Shown here piece by piece: positions 46,681 to 56,399 of a DNA stretch of 64,000 bases. Under the pieces are notes generated by a model that did not search any database, was not told the DNA's origin, and saw nothing but the letters and a program-made list of their open reading frames with translations. The DNA is taken from positions 21,979 to 85,978 of the forward strand of contig CAKQGH010000004.1 in the NCBI GenBank assembly GCA_934232895.1, in the 5' to 3' direction. Each line of letters starts with the position of its first letter. The first letter of the stretch is position 1. The translations under genes were made by a program, and so were the position numbers. This stretch comes from an uncultured Alphaproteobacteria bacterium (GTDB lineage: Bacteria > Pseudomonadota > Alphaproteobacteria > Rs-D84).

Positions 46681-47165
46681 GTTCAGAGTTCAAAGTGAAA
46701 AGTTCAAAGAACGTGTCCGCATCCGCGGACAACACCAATAACCTGGATTCCGGGGTCAAGCCCCGGAATGACACCTATGAGGAGGTCCGCAACCAAGACC
46801 TAAACTATGTTCATAAAATAAAAATCAGTATTCCGCCTTTGTCATCCCGGTGCTTGTCCGGGCCCCACAAAATCGTCAGATTTTGTGGGTGGTTCCCGAA
46901 GGGGAACTTAGTACCTTCTTTACTCTTGTTATCTCGTAGTGCGCTAGGCTATTTCCATAACCGTCACCCCGACGAAGGTCGGGGTCCATTGCCCCGCAGG
47001 GACTTATTTACCACTACCCCGGCACTTCGTGCCACCCCTTCGCTAGCGAAGGGGAATTCATCCCACGACGGGGATGAAACAAGCGCGCCGGATGGCGCGT
47101 TTCATTGCTCTCTGCTCTTTGCTCTCTCTGTCGGAGCGTCAGCGGAGACGGATGAACTTTATTAA
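46681..47165. repeat. Repeat mosaic 4
   Basis: The first ~185 bp (46681-46866) is an inverted copy of 56861-57046. The remainder contains GTCACCCCGACGAAGGTCGGGGTCCATTGCCCCGCAGGGAC, CACCCCTTCGCTAGCGAAGGGG and GCGCGCCGGATGGCGCG+TTTCATTGCTCTCTGCTCT units. Confidence 0.8.
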
Positions 47166-47224
47166 AAAGCTGTTTTTTCCCTTGCCCGGCGTTTTGAATT
47201 TTTGCTAACATTACCACATACAGA

Positions 47225-50200
47225 ATGAAAGGATTCAGACTAATTTTCGCGCTGTTCCTTGGGCTGTGGGCGTTTCAGCCTGCCCGGGCGGCTGATTCTG
47301 ATGACACTGCGCGCGCCGCAACGCGCCGCGGTGCGTCGTCTGTTGTTGCCGCCGCACGTGGAAATTCAACCGCCACCGCCCCACAATCGACAACCGGCAC
47401 GTCCCGCATCACAAACGCAACCAACAATAAATCAACCACAACAAATTCGAACCAAACCGTGCGTGGCCGGGGCACGGCAACAACGACAACTACGCGCGGC
47501 ACAAATGTTGTGGCGGACACTAGTCGCACCGCAACCACCCGCAAAACGGTATCAACCCGCACCACATCGGGCACCCAAACCCGTGGCGCGGCCAGCACCA
47601 ATGTCATTTCGGCGCCATCGCGTGCGGCAATCGTTCGCGGTACAATCGGCGCGCCCAAAGCAACCACATCTGTGTCGCAATCGTCGGGGGCCGCATCACG
47701 CGCATCTGTATCGCGCGCCGCCACAACCACCGCCGCGCGCGCGTCAACCACATCATCGGCGCGGCGCACAACCGGCGCATCGTCACGCGTGGCGCGTGCC
47801 GCAACCACAACAAACACCGTTGACAGTGTTATCAATTCAAACTATAAAAAATGCCGCGAGGTTTATTACAATTGCATGGATGAATTCTGTGCGAACAAGG
47901 ACAGCCAATTAAAGCGCTGTGCATGTTCGTCACGCGTGAATGAATTTGACAGCACCAAAAAGCGTCTGGCCAATGTCGAAGAAAAAATGTTGGATTTCAA
48001 CCAGCGCCTGTTGACCGTAAATATGGACAAGGAAGACGCCGCCGCATTAAACCAGGCGACCGAGGGCGAAACCGCATTCCTGCAAAAGGACACATCGAAA
48101 TCCAAACAAATGCTGGACGATATTTCCAAAAAATTGAACGCCAGTTTTAATGACACCAATTTCAACCAATCAATGACATCTATATCATTGTCGTTGGATA
48201 CCGATTCGGCGTTTGACACGGTCGATTCATTACAGGCCGCATCAACCACGGCCAAAACCGGCATGGCGTTGTATTCGGCCGCCCTGCCCATCTGTCGCGA
48301 AATGGCGACCGAGGTTTGTTCCGACGACGAATTATCTTTGGCCGAAAGTGGTTATCAAATGGTTATCGAACAGGATTGCAATGCGGTTCAAAAATCGTAC
48401 CAGACCCAGGTTGACCAGGCCCGTGACAAAGTACGCGAGGGCAGCGCCCTGTTGGATATGTCGCGCTTGGATGTGTACCAGGAACGCAATTCCGACGATA
48501 TTTTGACATGCAAAGAAAAAATGTTGACCATGTTGACCGATTCAACCGTATGCGGCGACGGGTTGGGCAAATGTCTGGATACAACTGGGCAATACATTGA
48601 CCCATCCACGGGCGAGGCTTTGCTGTCCGATAAATTGGTCAATTTGGCAAACCTGATTGTGCGGCCATCTGCCGACCAAGAATGGACATCGGTACCCGCA
48701 AACCAGGTGTTTGTCACATATCTGAATTCCAAGAAAACATTTTTGGCCCCTGCAATGGAAAATTGCCAGGACATTGCCGACGCCGTATGGGATGCATTTA
48801 TCGAGGACGCATTGGCGCAAATTAAATTGGCGCAAACAAAAAAATTGGAAGATGTCCGCCAAAGCTGTACCACATTGACCACGCAATGTTTGACCGACAC
48901 CACCAAAACAATCCAGGATTTTGACGCGCGTGCGTTATCTACATTTGGTGTATTGGCGGATAAAACCGTAAATGAAATGTGTGCCAGCATCAAAAACGCT
49001 TGCACCGCGGTGTTGAACTATTCTGTCACGGGGGACGCAGAAACAGACTCTGAATGGACCGCCGGTATGAACGACATCGCCACCGACAAAACATACGATA
49101 CTTTGATGCAAACATGCCGCGAGGTTGGCCGTGCATGCATTATCCAGGCATGTAAATCTGTATCGGGCAACTTTGGCCTGTGCGAAGATATTCAAACATC
49201 GGTCAACCGTAAATCAATTATCAATCGTACAGCCTGCTGGGACGAGGTTCAAAAATGCATTGAACAAACGGGCGACGCCTCCATCAAGGCCATATTCGCA
49301 CGTAAATCCGACCCAAACCCAAACGAAACCAAAACCAAAACAGATACCGTGTTCGCCAACCAACAAGAAGGGTATAAATTTTATAGCAAGCTGTATAACA
49401 ATCTCGACGAAACCGAAACGTGTTCAGCGGACACAACTGATAACAACGGGTCACCAGCAGAATGCGGAGTATACGATTTGTGCAGAATATCTTGCAAAAA
49501 TTCAGATTCCACAGAATGTATGAAATGTCGTTTGACCGAACGCATTTGGGGCAACTGCGAATTTTCACCAGAAGCATCATTATCACAATCATACAGTCAT
49601 AACTATATCAAGACCAGTTTCCGGAATTCAGATGACGAAACATTGTTGTCCTGGTTTGCAAAAAATACAAACACCAACAACAATCCAGAGTCATGTCGCG
49701 ATACATCATGTCCCCCAGGGCAACAATTGCACGATGGAGTATGTGTGGATAAATCAACATTGACAGATGACGATGTATTCTGTCCGCCCGAAAAATTCTG
49801 GCAGATAAACATAAAAACAGAGGGAACCGACAAACATACGGATGGTATCATAACCAACTGTTGCAACGTTGATGATACCAACGCGGGTCAAAAGGATGTG
49901 TTTGGGAATTGTTGCCTGGACAATATAATTGATGGCCTGCCCGGCGGCGACGACACCACAGATAATAGCAAAACAAGCTTTTTCTTGAGGGGGACCTCGG
50001 ACAAGTCTATGACATTTGGCGAGAAATCTAGTGGCACCCGTGTTACGACACTTGACAGTAAAAAAACACCACACGGACTGTGCCTGCCAAGCACTTCTCG
50101 TTTGGTTGCCAAGTATCAAAAAGCCAATGACAATGCGTATGTTTATGTGATATGCACTAGTGGCGCCCCGAACCCATCAGATGGCCCAAACACCACAACA

Positions 50201-50596
50201 ACAAAAAATTACCCAGATGGTCAAAAATTAACCTGCACGAATGGCGAATATGTATACGTGGTCGTCACAGACAGGACGCCGGACGGAGGCAACACACAGG
50301 CATACTTTTATAGTGGCCGGTATCTGTCCCCAACTTACACCATGGATCAAGACGGAAAAAACACTACCAACCACAGCGTTGGTACAAGCCCAGCACAGTC
50401 TTACAAAGCATCCTCGACACAGCAATGTAACTTGACTTACCCCAAAGGAACAGATCTTGATCTTGGTAAAATTGTCGCAGAATGGAACGCCCCGCAAACA
50501 TCGACCGACGAAGGTGTATCATCACAAGACACCACAGGGTGCACCGCCGGTAAAAAAGACATGCCGTGGCGTTGGATCATTGGCAAAAAAGAATAA
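47225..50596 (+). CDS. Large secreted protein (1123 aa): Thr/Arg/Ser/Ala-rich disordered N-region, conserved Cys-motif domain, Cys-rich C-terminal half
   Basis: Signal peptide MKGFRLIFALFLGLWAFQPARA. ~190-aa low-complexity tract. CREVYYNCMDEFCANKDSQLKRCACSSRV motif shared with 12924..13946. Numerous Cys later (CMKC, CRDTSCPPGQQLHDGVCVD...). Confidence 0.75.
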   Translation: MKGFRLIFALFLGLWAFQPARAADSDDTARAATRRGASSVVAAARGNSTATAPQSTTGTSRITNATNNKSTTTNSNQTVRGRGTATTTTTRGTNVVADTSRTATTRKTVSTRTTSGTQTRGAASTNVISAPSRAAIVRGTIGAPKATTSVSQSSGAASRASVSRAATTTAARASTTSSARRTTGASSRVARAATTTNTVDSVINSNYKKCREVYYNCMDEFCANKDSQLKRCACSSRVNEFDSTKKRLANVEEKMLDFNQRLLTVNMDKEDAAALNQATEGETAFLQKDTSKSKQMLDDISKKLNASFNDTNFNQSMTSISLSLDTDSAFDTVDSLQAASTTAKTGMALYSAALPICREMATEVCSDDELSLAESGYQMVIEQDCNAVQKSYQTQVDQARDKVREGSALLDMSRLDVYQERNSDDILTCKEKMLTMLTDSTVCGDGLGKCLDTTGQYIDPSTGEALLSDKLVNLANLIVRPSADQEWTSVPANQVFVTYLNSKKTFLAPAMENCQDIADAVWDAFIEDALAQIKLAQTKKLEDVRQSCTTLTTQCLTDTTKTIQDFDARALSTFGVLADKTVNEMCASIKNACTAVLNYSVTGDAETDSEWTAGMNDIATDKTYDTLMQTCREVGRACIIQACKSVSGNFGLCEDIQTSVNRKSIINRTACWDEVQKCIEQTGDASIKAIFARKSDPNPNETKTKTDTVFANQQEGYKFYSKLYNNLDETETCSADTTDNNGSPAECGVYDLCRISCKNSDSTECMKCRLTERIWGNCEFSPEASLSQSYSHNYIKTSFRNSDDETLLSWFAKNTNTNNNPESCRDTSCPPGQQLHDGVCVDKSTLTDDDVFCPPEKFWQINIKTEGTDKHTDGIITNCCNVDDTNAGQKDVFGNCCLDNIIDGLPGGDDTTDNSKTSFFLRGTSDKSMTFGEKSSGTRVTTLDSKKTPHGLCLPSTSRLVAKYQKANDNAYVYVICTSGAPNPSDGPNTTTTKNYPDGQKLTCTNGEYVYVVVTDRTPDGGNTQAYFYSGRYLSPTYTMDQDGKNTTNHSVGTSPAQSYKASSTQQCNLTYPKGTDLDLGKIVAEWNAPQTSTDEGVSSQDTTGCTAGKKDMPWRWIIGKKE

Positions 50597-50597
50597 T

Positions 50598-50628
50598 AAA
50601 AACTCGGGGCAATGCCCCGAGTTTTTTT
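50598..50628 (+). terminator. Terminator between the convergent 47225..50596 and pth genes
   Basis: AAAA-ACTCGGGG-CAAT-GCCCCGAGT-TTTTTTT. Confidence 0.8.
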
Positions 50629-50634
50629 GTACAA

Positions 50635-51156
50635 TCAAAACAATTTTATGTCGGATATCGCCGCGTTTATTTTTTCCAATTGGTCGGCGGTAAAACGTCC
50701 CAACACCCAATCCGCCGAGGCCATTACCATACCGAAATCACGCGGGTGCGCAATGCCGATGCGAACACGCATATATTCACGCCCAACGGCGGCATCAATT
50801 GATTTTATGCCGTTGTGGCCGGCACTGCCCCCGCCGATTTTTGTACGCGTTGTCCCAACCGGCAAATCCATGTCATCATGAATCACAACCAGATTTTCCA
50901 ACGGAATTTTATAATATGCCATCAATGGCCGCACGGCATCGCCCGACGCGTTCATAAATGTTTGTGGCATGGCAAAAATCACACGCCGCCCGTCAACGGT
51001 GCCGGTTGCGGTCAACGCATTATGCTCGCGCCGCCATTTTGCATCCGTGCCGGCCAATTGCGCCACCGCCATAAAGCCAACATTATGACGCGTGCGGGCA
51101 TATTCGGCCCCGGGATTGCCCAATCCAACAATTAAAACAGGTTTATTTTCTTGCAT
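50635..51156 (-). CDS. pth: Peptidyl-tRNA hydrolase
   Basis: Start at MQENKPVLIVGLGNPGAEYARTRHNVGF. HDDMDLPVG and GHNGIKS motifs. Confidence 0.92.
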   Translation of the reverse strand: MQENKPVLIVGLGNPGAEYARTRHNVGFMAVAQLAGTDAKWRREHNALTATGTVDGRRVIFAMPQTFMNASGDAVRPLMAYYKIPLENLVVIHDDMDLPVGTTRTKIGGGSAGHNGIKSIDAAVGREYMRVRIGIAHPRDFGMVMASADWVLGRFTADQLEKINAAISDIKLF

Positions 51157-51204
51157 ATCGGTATCTCTTTCTTTTATTATAATATCATACAAAGGAGAAT
51201 TACA

Positions 51205-51750
51205 ATGAAATTAAAAACAGCGGGTGTTTTGACCGCGATTTCAGTGATGTTTATGGGCGCAAATGCCAATGCCGGCAATGTTCTGTACGATTTTTACGCC
51301 GGCGCAACAGTTGGTGTTGGCGCAATCAGCCAATTTGGTGCGCACAACAATAAAACCGAAAATGCCCAATCGTTTGGCGCGGTTTTGGGTCTGGATATTC
51401 CCGTTTTGCGTATCGAGGCCGAATATAACATGAGCAACAACGACATATTGAAAATGCACACCGCCATGGCGAATTTGTACCTGAAAATGCCATCAACGGT
51501 TGTTCATCCGTACTTGGGTGTTGGTGTTGGTGGCGTATTTGGCGGCAGTGTCAAAGACACCGACATTGATTTATCGCACGGCGCCGCATACCAGGGTATG
51601 TTGGGTTTAACATTTGATGTGCCGGTATTGCCCATCAAAATTGATGCCGAGGCCCGCGCCATATACGCGCCCGATGTGTATAACACATCCGATGGCAAAC
51701 CAGATGTTCTGCAATACGAAGGTCGCTTGAAATTGCGCTATATATTCTAG
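51205..51750 (+). CDS. Small outer-membrane beta-barrel protein (OmpA-barrel/opacity-type)
   Basis: Signal peptide MKLKTAGVLTAISVMFMGANANA. 8-strand-like alternating pattern. Ends ...GRLKLRYIF. AAAGGAG RBS. Confidence 0.7.
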   Translation: MKLKTAGVLTAISVMFMGANANAGNVLYDFYAGATVGVGAISQFGAHNNKTENAQSFGAVLGLDIPVLRIEAEYNMSNNDILKMHTAMANLYLKMPSTVVHPYLGVGVGGVFGGSVKDTDIDLSHGAAYQGMLGLTFDVPVLPIKIDAEARAIYAPDVYNTSDGKPDVLQYEGRLKLRYIF

Positions 51751-51809
51751 GTGACGGTTCATTACAACAAACGGGGCGCGATGGGCGCCCCAAATTGACG
51801 GGGCAAAAT

Positions 51810-54602
51810 ATGCTGACACTGATTGATGGAAATTCGTTGTTATTTCGCGCGTATTATGGCGTGCACAGCCGTCTGACCCGGCGCGACGGCACGCCCGTTG
51901 GTGCGGTTTATGGATTTTTCAATATGATGTTGCCGGTATTGGCGTCGGCGCACGATGGCGATGCATTTGTGTGCGTGTTTGACGCGTCGCGCATTTCTTT
52001 CCGCCAAAATATTTACCCCGCGTACAAGGCCAACCGCCCCGAATTACCCGTCGATTTGGTCATTCAATCATCCATGGTGCGCAGCGCCGCCGCCGCAATG
52101 GGTATGCCGGTGCTGTGCATCCCTGGGGTCGAGGCCGACGATGTCATCGCCACAATTGCACGTCAAAATTGCACCGGGGCGGACGCCACACGCATTATCA
52201 CCGGGGATAAAGATTTGATGCAATTGGTGTCCGATTGCGTGTTTTTGTACGACGGCATGAAACAGCGCGAAATTCGCGCCGCGGGCGTTATGGAAAAATT
52301 TGGTGTGGCGCCCAATCGTGTGGTTGATGTCCAGTCGCTGATGGGCGACGCCACGGACAATGTGCCAGGCGTGCCAGGCATTGGTCCGAAAAAGGCCACA
52401 GAATTGATAACCCAATTTGGCTCGCTGGATGAATTGTATGCGAATCTGGATACCGTGAAAAATGAACGCATACGCAATTTGCTGCGCGATAATCGCGAAT
52501 TGGCGTATGTTTCACGCAAACTGGTTCAATTAAAAGATGATGTGGATTTATCGGGTCTGGAAATTGCACCATTTCATTTCAACACACCAGCCGCTTTGGA
52601 TTTCGTTCGCACAAAATTGGAAAGCAATTCGTTGGCGGTAAAAATTGAAAAAATGTTTCCACTGGCCGATTTCGATGAAACGAAAATAGCGCCAGAATTC
52701 CACTATGTTGGCAACGATTGCCCGGTGGATATTGCCGCAGAATTGGCAACCGACATCCCTGACCCGGCGCCATCAGAATACCCCGAAATTACATACGAAA
52801 CCATTACCACGCCGGCGGCATTGGATAAATTTTTGATGGGCGTTAAATCGGTCATTGCGATTGATACCGAAACAACCGGTCTGAATCAAATCAGCGATAA
52901 AATCGTGGGTATATCATTGGCCACAAATGGTACACATGGCGCATATATTCCAATTCGCCATAAAACCCATTCTGATGATTTATTCGGTGCCGATGTGCCC
53001 GCCCCCAACCAATTGCCAATTGATTTGGTATACTCAAAATTGCGCCCAATATTTGAAAACCCGAATATTGTAAAGGTTGGGCATAATTTGAAATATGACC
53101 TGCACATAATGGCGAACGAGTGTTGGGATACCACCAAAATTGCCCCGATTGACGACACAATGCTGTTGTCGTATGCGTTGCACGGCACCACGCACGGCCA
53201 CGGATTGGATGAACTGGCACTGAAATACCTGGGGCATGCAAATATTCATTTTGCGTCCCTGTTCCCACCAAAAATGCGCAGTGCCGACATGCACTTTGAT
53301 TTGTTGCCGGTTGACATCGCCGCCCCATACGCGGCCGAGGATGCAACCATATCAATGGCACTGTATACGCAATTTCGCCCACAATTGAATGCAAATGAAA
53401 AATTGCGCAAATTGTATGAAACATGCGATTTGCCATTGATGCCCATATTGATGAATATGGAACGCACCGGCGTTTTGGTGAACCGCGCCGGGTTGCAACA
53501 ATTATCGTCGGCGTTTCACAACGATTTGGAAAAAATCCAGTCCCAAATTTGGCAATTGGCCGGGCATGAATTTAATATTGCCAGTCCCAAACAATTGGCA
53601 ACCGTATTGTTTGATGAATTGGCATTGCCGGGCAACAAGCGCCGTTCAACCGACGCCGACACATTAAACGAATTGATTGACGCGCATCCAATCATTGAAA
53701 AAATTCTGAATTGGCGTTCTGTGGCCAAGTTGGCGGGCACATACGCGGACGCATTGCCGCACCAGATTGCCCCCGATGGCCGTATTCATACCACATATTT
53801 ACAAACCAGTACCAATACCGGGCGCCTGTCCAGCCGCGACCCGAACCTGCAAAATATTCCAATTAAAACAGAATTGGGCGAACAAATTCGTAAATGCTTT
53901 GTCGCGCCACCAGACCGCGTGATAATTTCGGTCGACTATTCACAAATTCAGCTGCGCCTGTTGGCCGATGTTGCCGATGTTAAAACGTTCAAGGAAACTT
54001 TCCACGCCGGCACCGACATTCACGAACAAACCGCGCGTCGCATATTTGGCATTGCGCCGGGCGCGCCCGTGCCACGCGAAATGCGCCGGGCGGCAAAAAC
54101 CGTGAATTTTTCAATAATATATGGCATTTCGTCATTTGGCCTGTCGGGGCAATTGGGCATTTCGCGTGCCGCCGCCGCCGAATTGATAAATTCATATATG
54201 GCCGGCCTGCCAGAAATCAACGAATATATGGAGCGAACCCGCGAATTTGCATTGAAAAACGCATACGTGTACACGCCGTGGGGGCGCCGCATCGAATTGC
54301 CCGAGGTTAAAAATCCCCGCCTGCGCGGGTACGCAATGCGCGCCGCCGTCAATGCCCCAATCCAGGGATTCGAGGCCGATTTAATGCGTCGCGCCATGGT
54401 TGTGATTGACGAAAAACTGATGCGCCCAAATGCCGACAAAATCAAAATGATTATGCAGGTTCACGATGAAATGGTATTTGAATGCGACGCCACCGTTGCC
54501 GACGAATTTGCCCGCCGCATAGAATTTGAAATGGAAAACATTGCCAAATTATCGGTGCCATTGGCCGCCGAATATGTAATTGGCCCGGTGTGGGGCAAAT
54601 AA
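51810..54602 (+). CDS. polA: DNA polymerase I
   Basis: 5'-nuclease N-terminus (LIDGNSLLFRAYYG, TGDKDLMQL), 3'-5' exo (IAIDTETTGL), polymerase motifs (DYSQIQLRLLA, RRAAKTVNFSIIYG, QVHDEMVFE). ATG at 51810 is preferred over TTG at 51795. Confidence 0.95.
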   Translation: MLTLIDGNSLLFRAYYGVHSRLTRRDGTPVGAVYGFFNMMLPVLASAHDGDAFVCVFDASRISFRQNIYPAYKANRPELPVDLVIQSSMVRSAAAAMGMPVLCIPGVEADDVIATIARQNCTGADATRIITGDKDLMQLVSDCVFLYDGMKQREIRAAGVMEKFGVAPNRVVDVQSLMGDATDNVPGVPGIGPKKATELITQFGSLDELYANLDTVKNERIRNLLRDNRELAYVSRKLVQLKDDVDLSGLEIAPFHFNTPAALDFVRTKLESNSLAVKIEKMFPLADFDETKIAPEFHYVGNDCPVDIAAELATDIPDPAPSEYPEITYETITTPAALDKFLMGVKSVIAIDTETTGLNQISDKIVGISLATNGTHGAYIPIRHKTHSDDLFGADVPAPNQLPIDLVYSKLRPIFENPNIVKVGHNLKYDLHIMANECWDTTKIAPIDDTMLLSYALHGTTHGHGLDELALKYLGHANIHFASLFPPKMRSADMHFDLLPVDIAAPYAAEDATISMALYTQFRPQLNANEKLRKLYETCDLPLMPILMNMERTGVLVNRAGLQQLSSAFHNDLEKIQSQIWQLAGHEFNIASPKQLATVLFDELALPGNKRRSTDADTLNELIDAHPIIEKILNWRSVAKLAGTYADALPHQIAPDGRIHTTYLQTSTNTGRLSSRDPNLQNIPIKTELGEQIRKCFVAPPDRVIISVDYSQIQLRLLADVADVKTFKETFHAGTDIHEQTARRIFGIAPGAPVPREMRRAAKTVNFSIIYGISSFGLSGQLGISRAAAAELINSYMAGLPEINEYMERTREFALKNAYVYTPWGRRIELPEVKNPRLRGYAMRAAVNAPIQGFEADLMRRAMVVIDEKLMRPNADKIKMIMQVHDEMVFECDATVADEFARRIEFEMENIAKLSVPLAAEYVIGPVWGK

Positions 54603-54629
54603 AAAATGCGCCATTGGCGCATTTTTTTT
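54601..54629. terminator. Bidirectional terminator between polA and the DUF805 gene
   Basis: AAAAAA-TGCGCC-ATT-GGCGCA-TTTTTTTT. Confidence 0.8.
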
Positions 54630-55131
54630 ATTCCCGATTAAATTTATGGTACGGATTGTCGTGATTGCATGTGGGCAAGACCAAAAATATGAACATAACC
54701 ACACTGACCATTATCGACAATAATGGCACCCCACATAAAATGTACAGCATCATCCACCACGCGGACAGCCCCGCATCATGCAAACGGCGCACACGCATAG
54801 ATATTGCCGGAACGACCGCCGCAAAGCAATAGATTATTGGAATCACCAGCATCATACCGGTCATAACGCCGAAATCGCCCGCCAGCACATATTCCATTGC
54901 GGCAACCATACATCCCAAGAATCCCCATGCAAAAATCAGCAAGCAATTGACCAAATATGTCCACCAATATTCCGAACGCGACGAAGTGCCCGCCCATTCA
55001 GAAAACCCGCGACGCCAAAACGCCCCGTATGCCAGGAACATATTCGTGTATGTTTTACTGGTTTGAACCTTTTGCTTTTTCGCGCCCGACGCGCGTTTAG
55101 TATTTTTAACTGTTGTTTTTGTTGATGGCAT
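54628..55131 (-). CDS. DUF805 family inner-membrane protein
   Basis: SRSEYWWTYLVNCLLIF... and RRLHDAGLSAWWMMLYIL are hallmark DUF805 (YhaH-like) motifs. Confidence 0.8.
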   Translation of the reverse strand: MPSTKTTVKNTKRASGAKKQKVQTSKTYTNMFLAYGAFWRRGFSEWAGTSSRSEYWWTYLVNCLLIFAWGFLGCMVAAMEYVLAGDFGVMTGMMLVIPIIYCFAAVVPAISMRVRRLHDAGLSAWWMMLYILCGVPLLSIMVSVVMFIFLVLPTCNHDNPYHKFNRE

Positions 55132-55200
55132 ATTTTCCCCCTGTACCCCGCCATTATATCACATTTCGCCAGCAATTGAAATGATTATCACACCACGCCC

Positions 55201-56211
55201 CTATTTCCACGCCGCCGGAATATCCGCATAGTCCGACAACCCGGTTGCACCGCTATACATACCACCAACTTGTGCTGTTGTTGCATACGGGAATACATTA
55301 TAAAGTGGTGTCCCATCTGGGTTTCGCGCCGATGGTCCGGTCAGTCCACTGCATCCAGCAAATGTGTAGGCAAACATACCGTAAGCGGAGGGACCAGATA
55401 TGCCCGCAAATAGCCCCGCGGGGATTTCACCGGTCAAACCACTGCAATCATAAAATGTGTAACTATACATATTATCCGCTGGGACGCCTTCATCAATGCC
55501 AGCAAATAAATCTGCGGGGATTTGACCCGTCAGATTTCCGCACCCATAAAATGTATGAACGAAAATCGGCATACTTGTGCCAACATTCGGAAATATCCGT
55601 CCCAGGCTACCGGAAATGCCTGCCAAGTTCTGATTCTTATCAAATGCTATTACAGGACTATCAAAATTGCTACCATACCCCGTTGCGCGGCCACCAATAC
55701 GGATGTCGTATGCGCCGGCGGTGGCGTATGTGTGGCTGATGGTCTGGTCACCTGTCGCGGGTTTTATTACTTTCTGCATCGCCGTGCCATCACCCCAGTT
55801 TATATAGAAAGAACCTGCCGCGCTGATACTAAAACTGAACGTTGTGGTGTCCGATGTTGTGGTTGCCGTAAAGTGGTATTTCGGTTTTATCAATGTGCGT
55901 ACGGCCTTGATACTGGTGTTCACATTTGCCGCAAAACCCGTCGCATATTCACTGTGCTGGTAATCGGTTTTGGTGCCAACCTTGCTGTTTGCGGCATCTA
56001 TCACCGCAAACAAGTATCGCATATTTGCCGGTGCCGACGGACGTCCGGACACAATTGGAATGTTTATTCCCCATTCGTGTTCAATCAGATTATGGACATA
56101 CCGCAGGTTTACCATTGGCGACATACCGGGCGCGTCTGCACCGTGTGCCGCACCAAACACCAGTGTAAATGTGCACATCACCGACAGTAATATTCTGCGT
56201 AATTTGGTCAT
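55201..56211 (-). CDS. Secreted BspA-type (DUF285-like) leucine-rich-repeat surface protein, downstream of inverton 2
   Basis: Signal peptide MTKLRRILLSVMCTFTLVFGAAHG. Repeats FYGCGNLTGQIPADLFAGI / FYDCSGLTGEIPAGLFAGI / FAGCSGLTG. The ORF-track extension to 56505 runs through the promoter switch and is rejected. Confidence 0.7.
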   Translation of the reverse strand: MTKLRRILLSVMCTFTLVFGAAHGADAPGMSPMVNLRYVHNLIEHEWGINIPIVSGRPSAPANMRYLFAVIDAANSKVGTKTDYQHSEYATGFAANVNTSIKAVRTLIKPKYHFTATTTSDTTTFSFSISAAGSFYINWGDGTAMQKVIKPATGDQTISHTYATAGAYDIRIGGRATGYGSNFDSPVIAFDKNQNLAGISGSLGRIFPNVGTSMPIFVHTFYGCGNLTGQIPADLFAGIDEGVPADNMYSYTFYDCSGLTGEIPAGLFAGISGPSAYGMFAYTFAGCSGLTGPSARNPDGTPLYNVFPYATTAQVGGMYSGATGLSDYADIPAAWK

Positions 56212-56230
56212 TCCCCATTTCCCCCACATT

Positions 56231-56341
56231 GCGCAAAAAACGGTGGTTTTTTGCGGCATATTTTTATTGTGTAATAATAGCCGTTTTCTGCGGTTTCTGT
56301 CAACCGGATAACGCATAATAAAAACCACCGTTTTTTTCGGC
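56231..56341. promoter_or_regulatory. Putative invertible promoter element 2 (promoter currently facing gene 55201..56211: ON)
   Basis: 17-bp IR AAAAAACGGTGGTTTTT (56235-56251) / AAAAACCACCGTTTTTT (56320-56336). Interior promoter on the minus strand: TTGACA (comp. 56298-56303), 18 nt, TATTAT (comp. 56274-56279). The outer flank is near-identical to that of element 1. Confidence 0.6.
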
Positions 56342-56361
56342 ACTTCTTTTTTGGCGCCGCG

Positions 56362-56392
56362 CCCCACCCACCGCGGCATCGCGGGGATTTTT
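56362..56392 (+). terminator. Hairpin plus T-run on the outer flank of inverton 2
   Basis: CCCCAC-CCACCGCGGCATC-GCGGGG-ATTTTTG. Paralog of 30295-30327. Confidence 0.45.
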
Positions 56393-56399
56393 GTGGAGT

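Noticed and set aside
47259-47912. 217-aa + frame and 186-aa minus-frame ORFs overlapping the start of the 1123-aa gene (similar ones at 13280..13825 and 13444..13704)
   Set aside because: They arise from the GC-rich, repetitive Thr/Arg/Ala-coding tract, which stays open in several frames. Only the frame with a signal peptide and a conserved downstream domain is credible.
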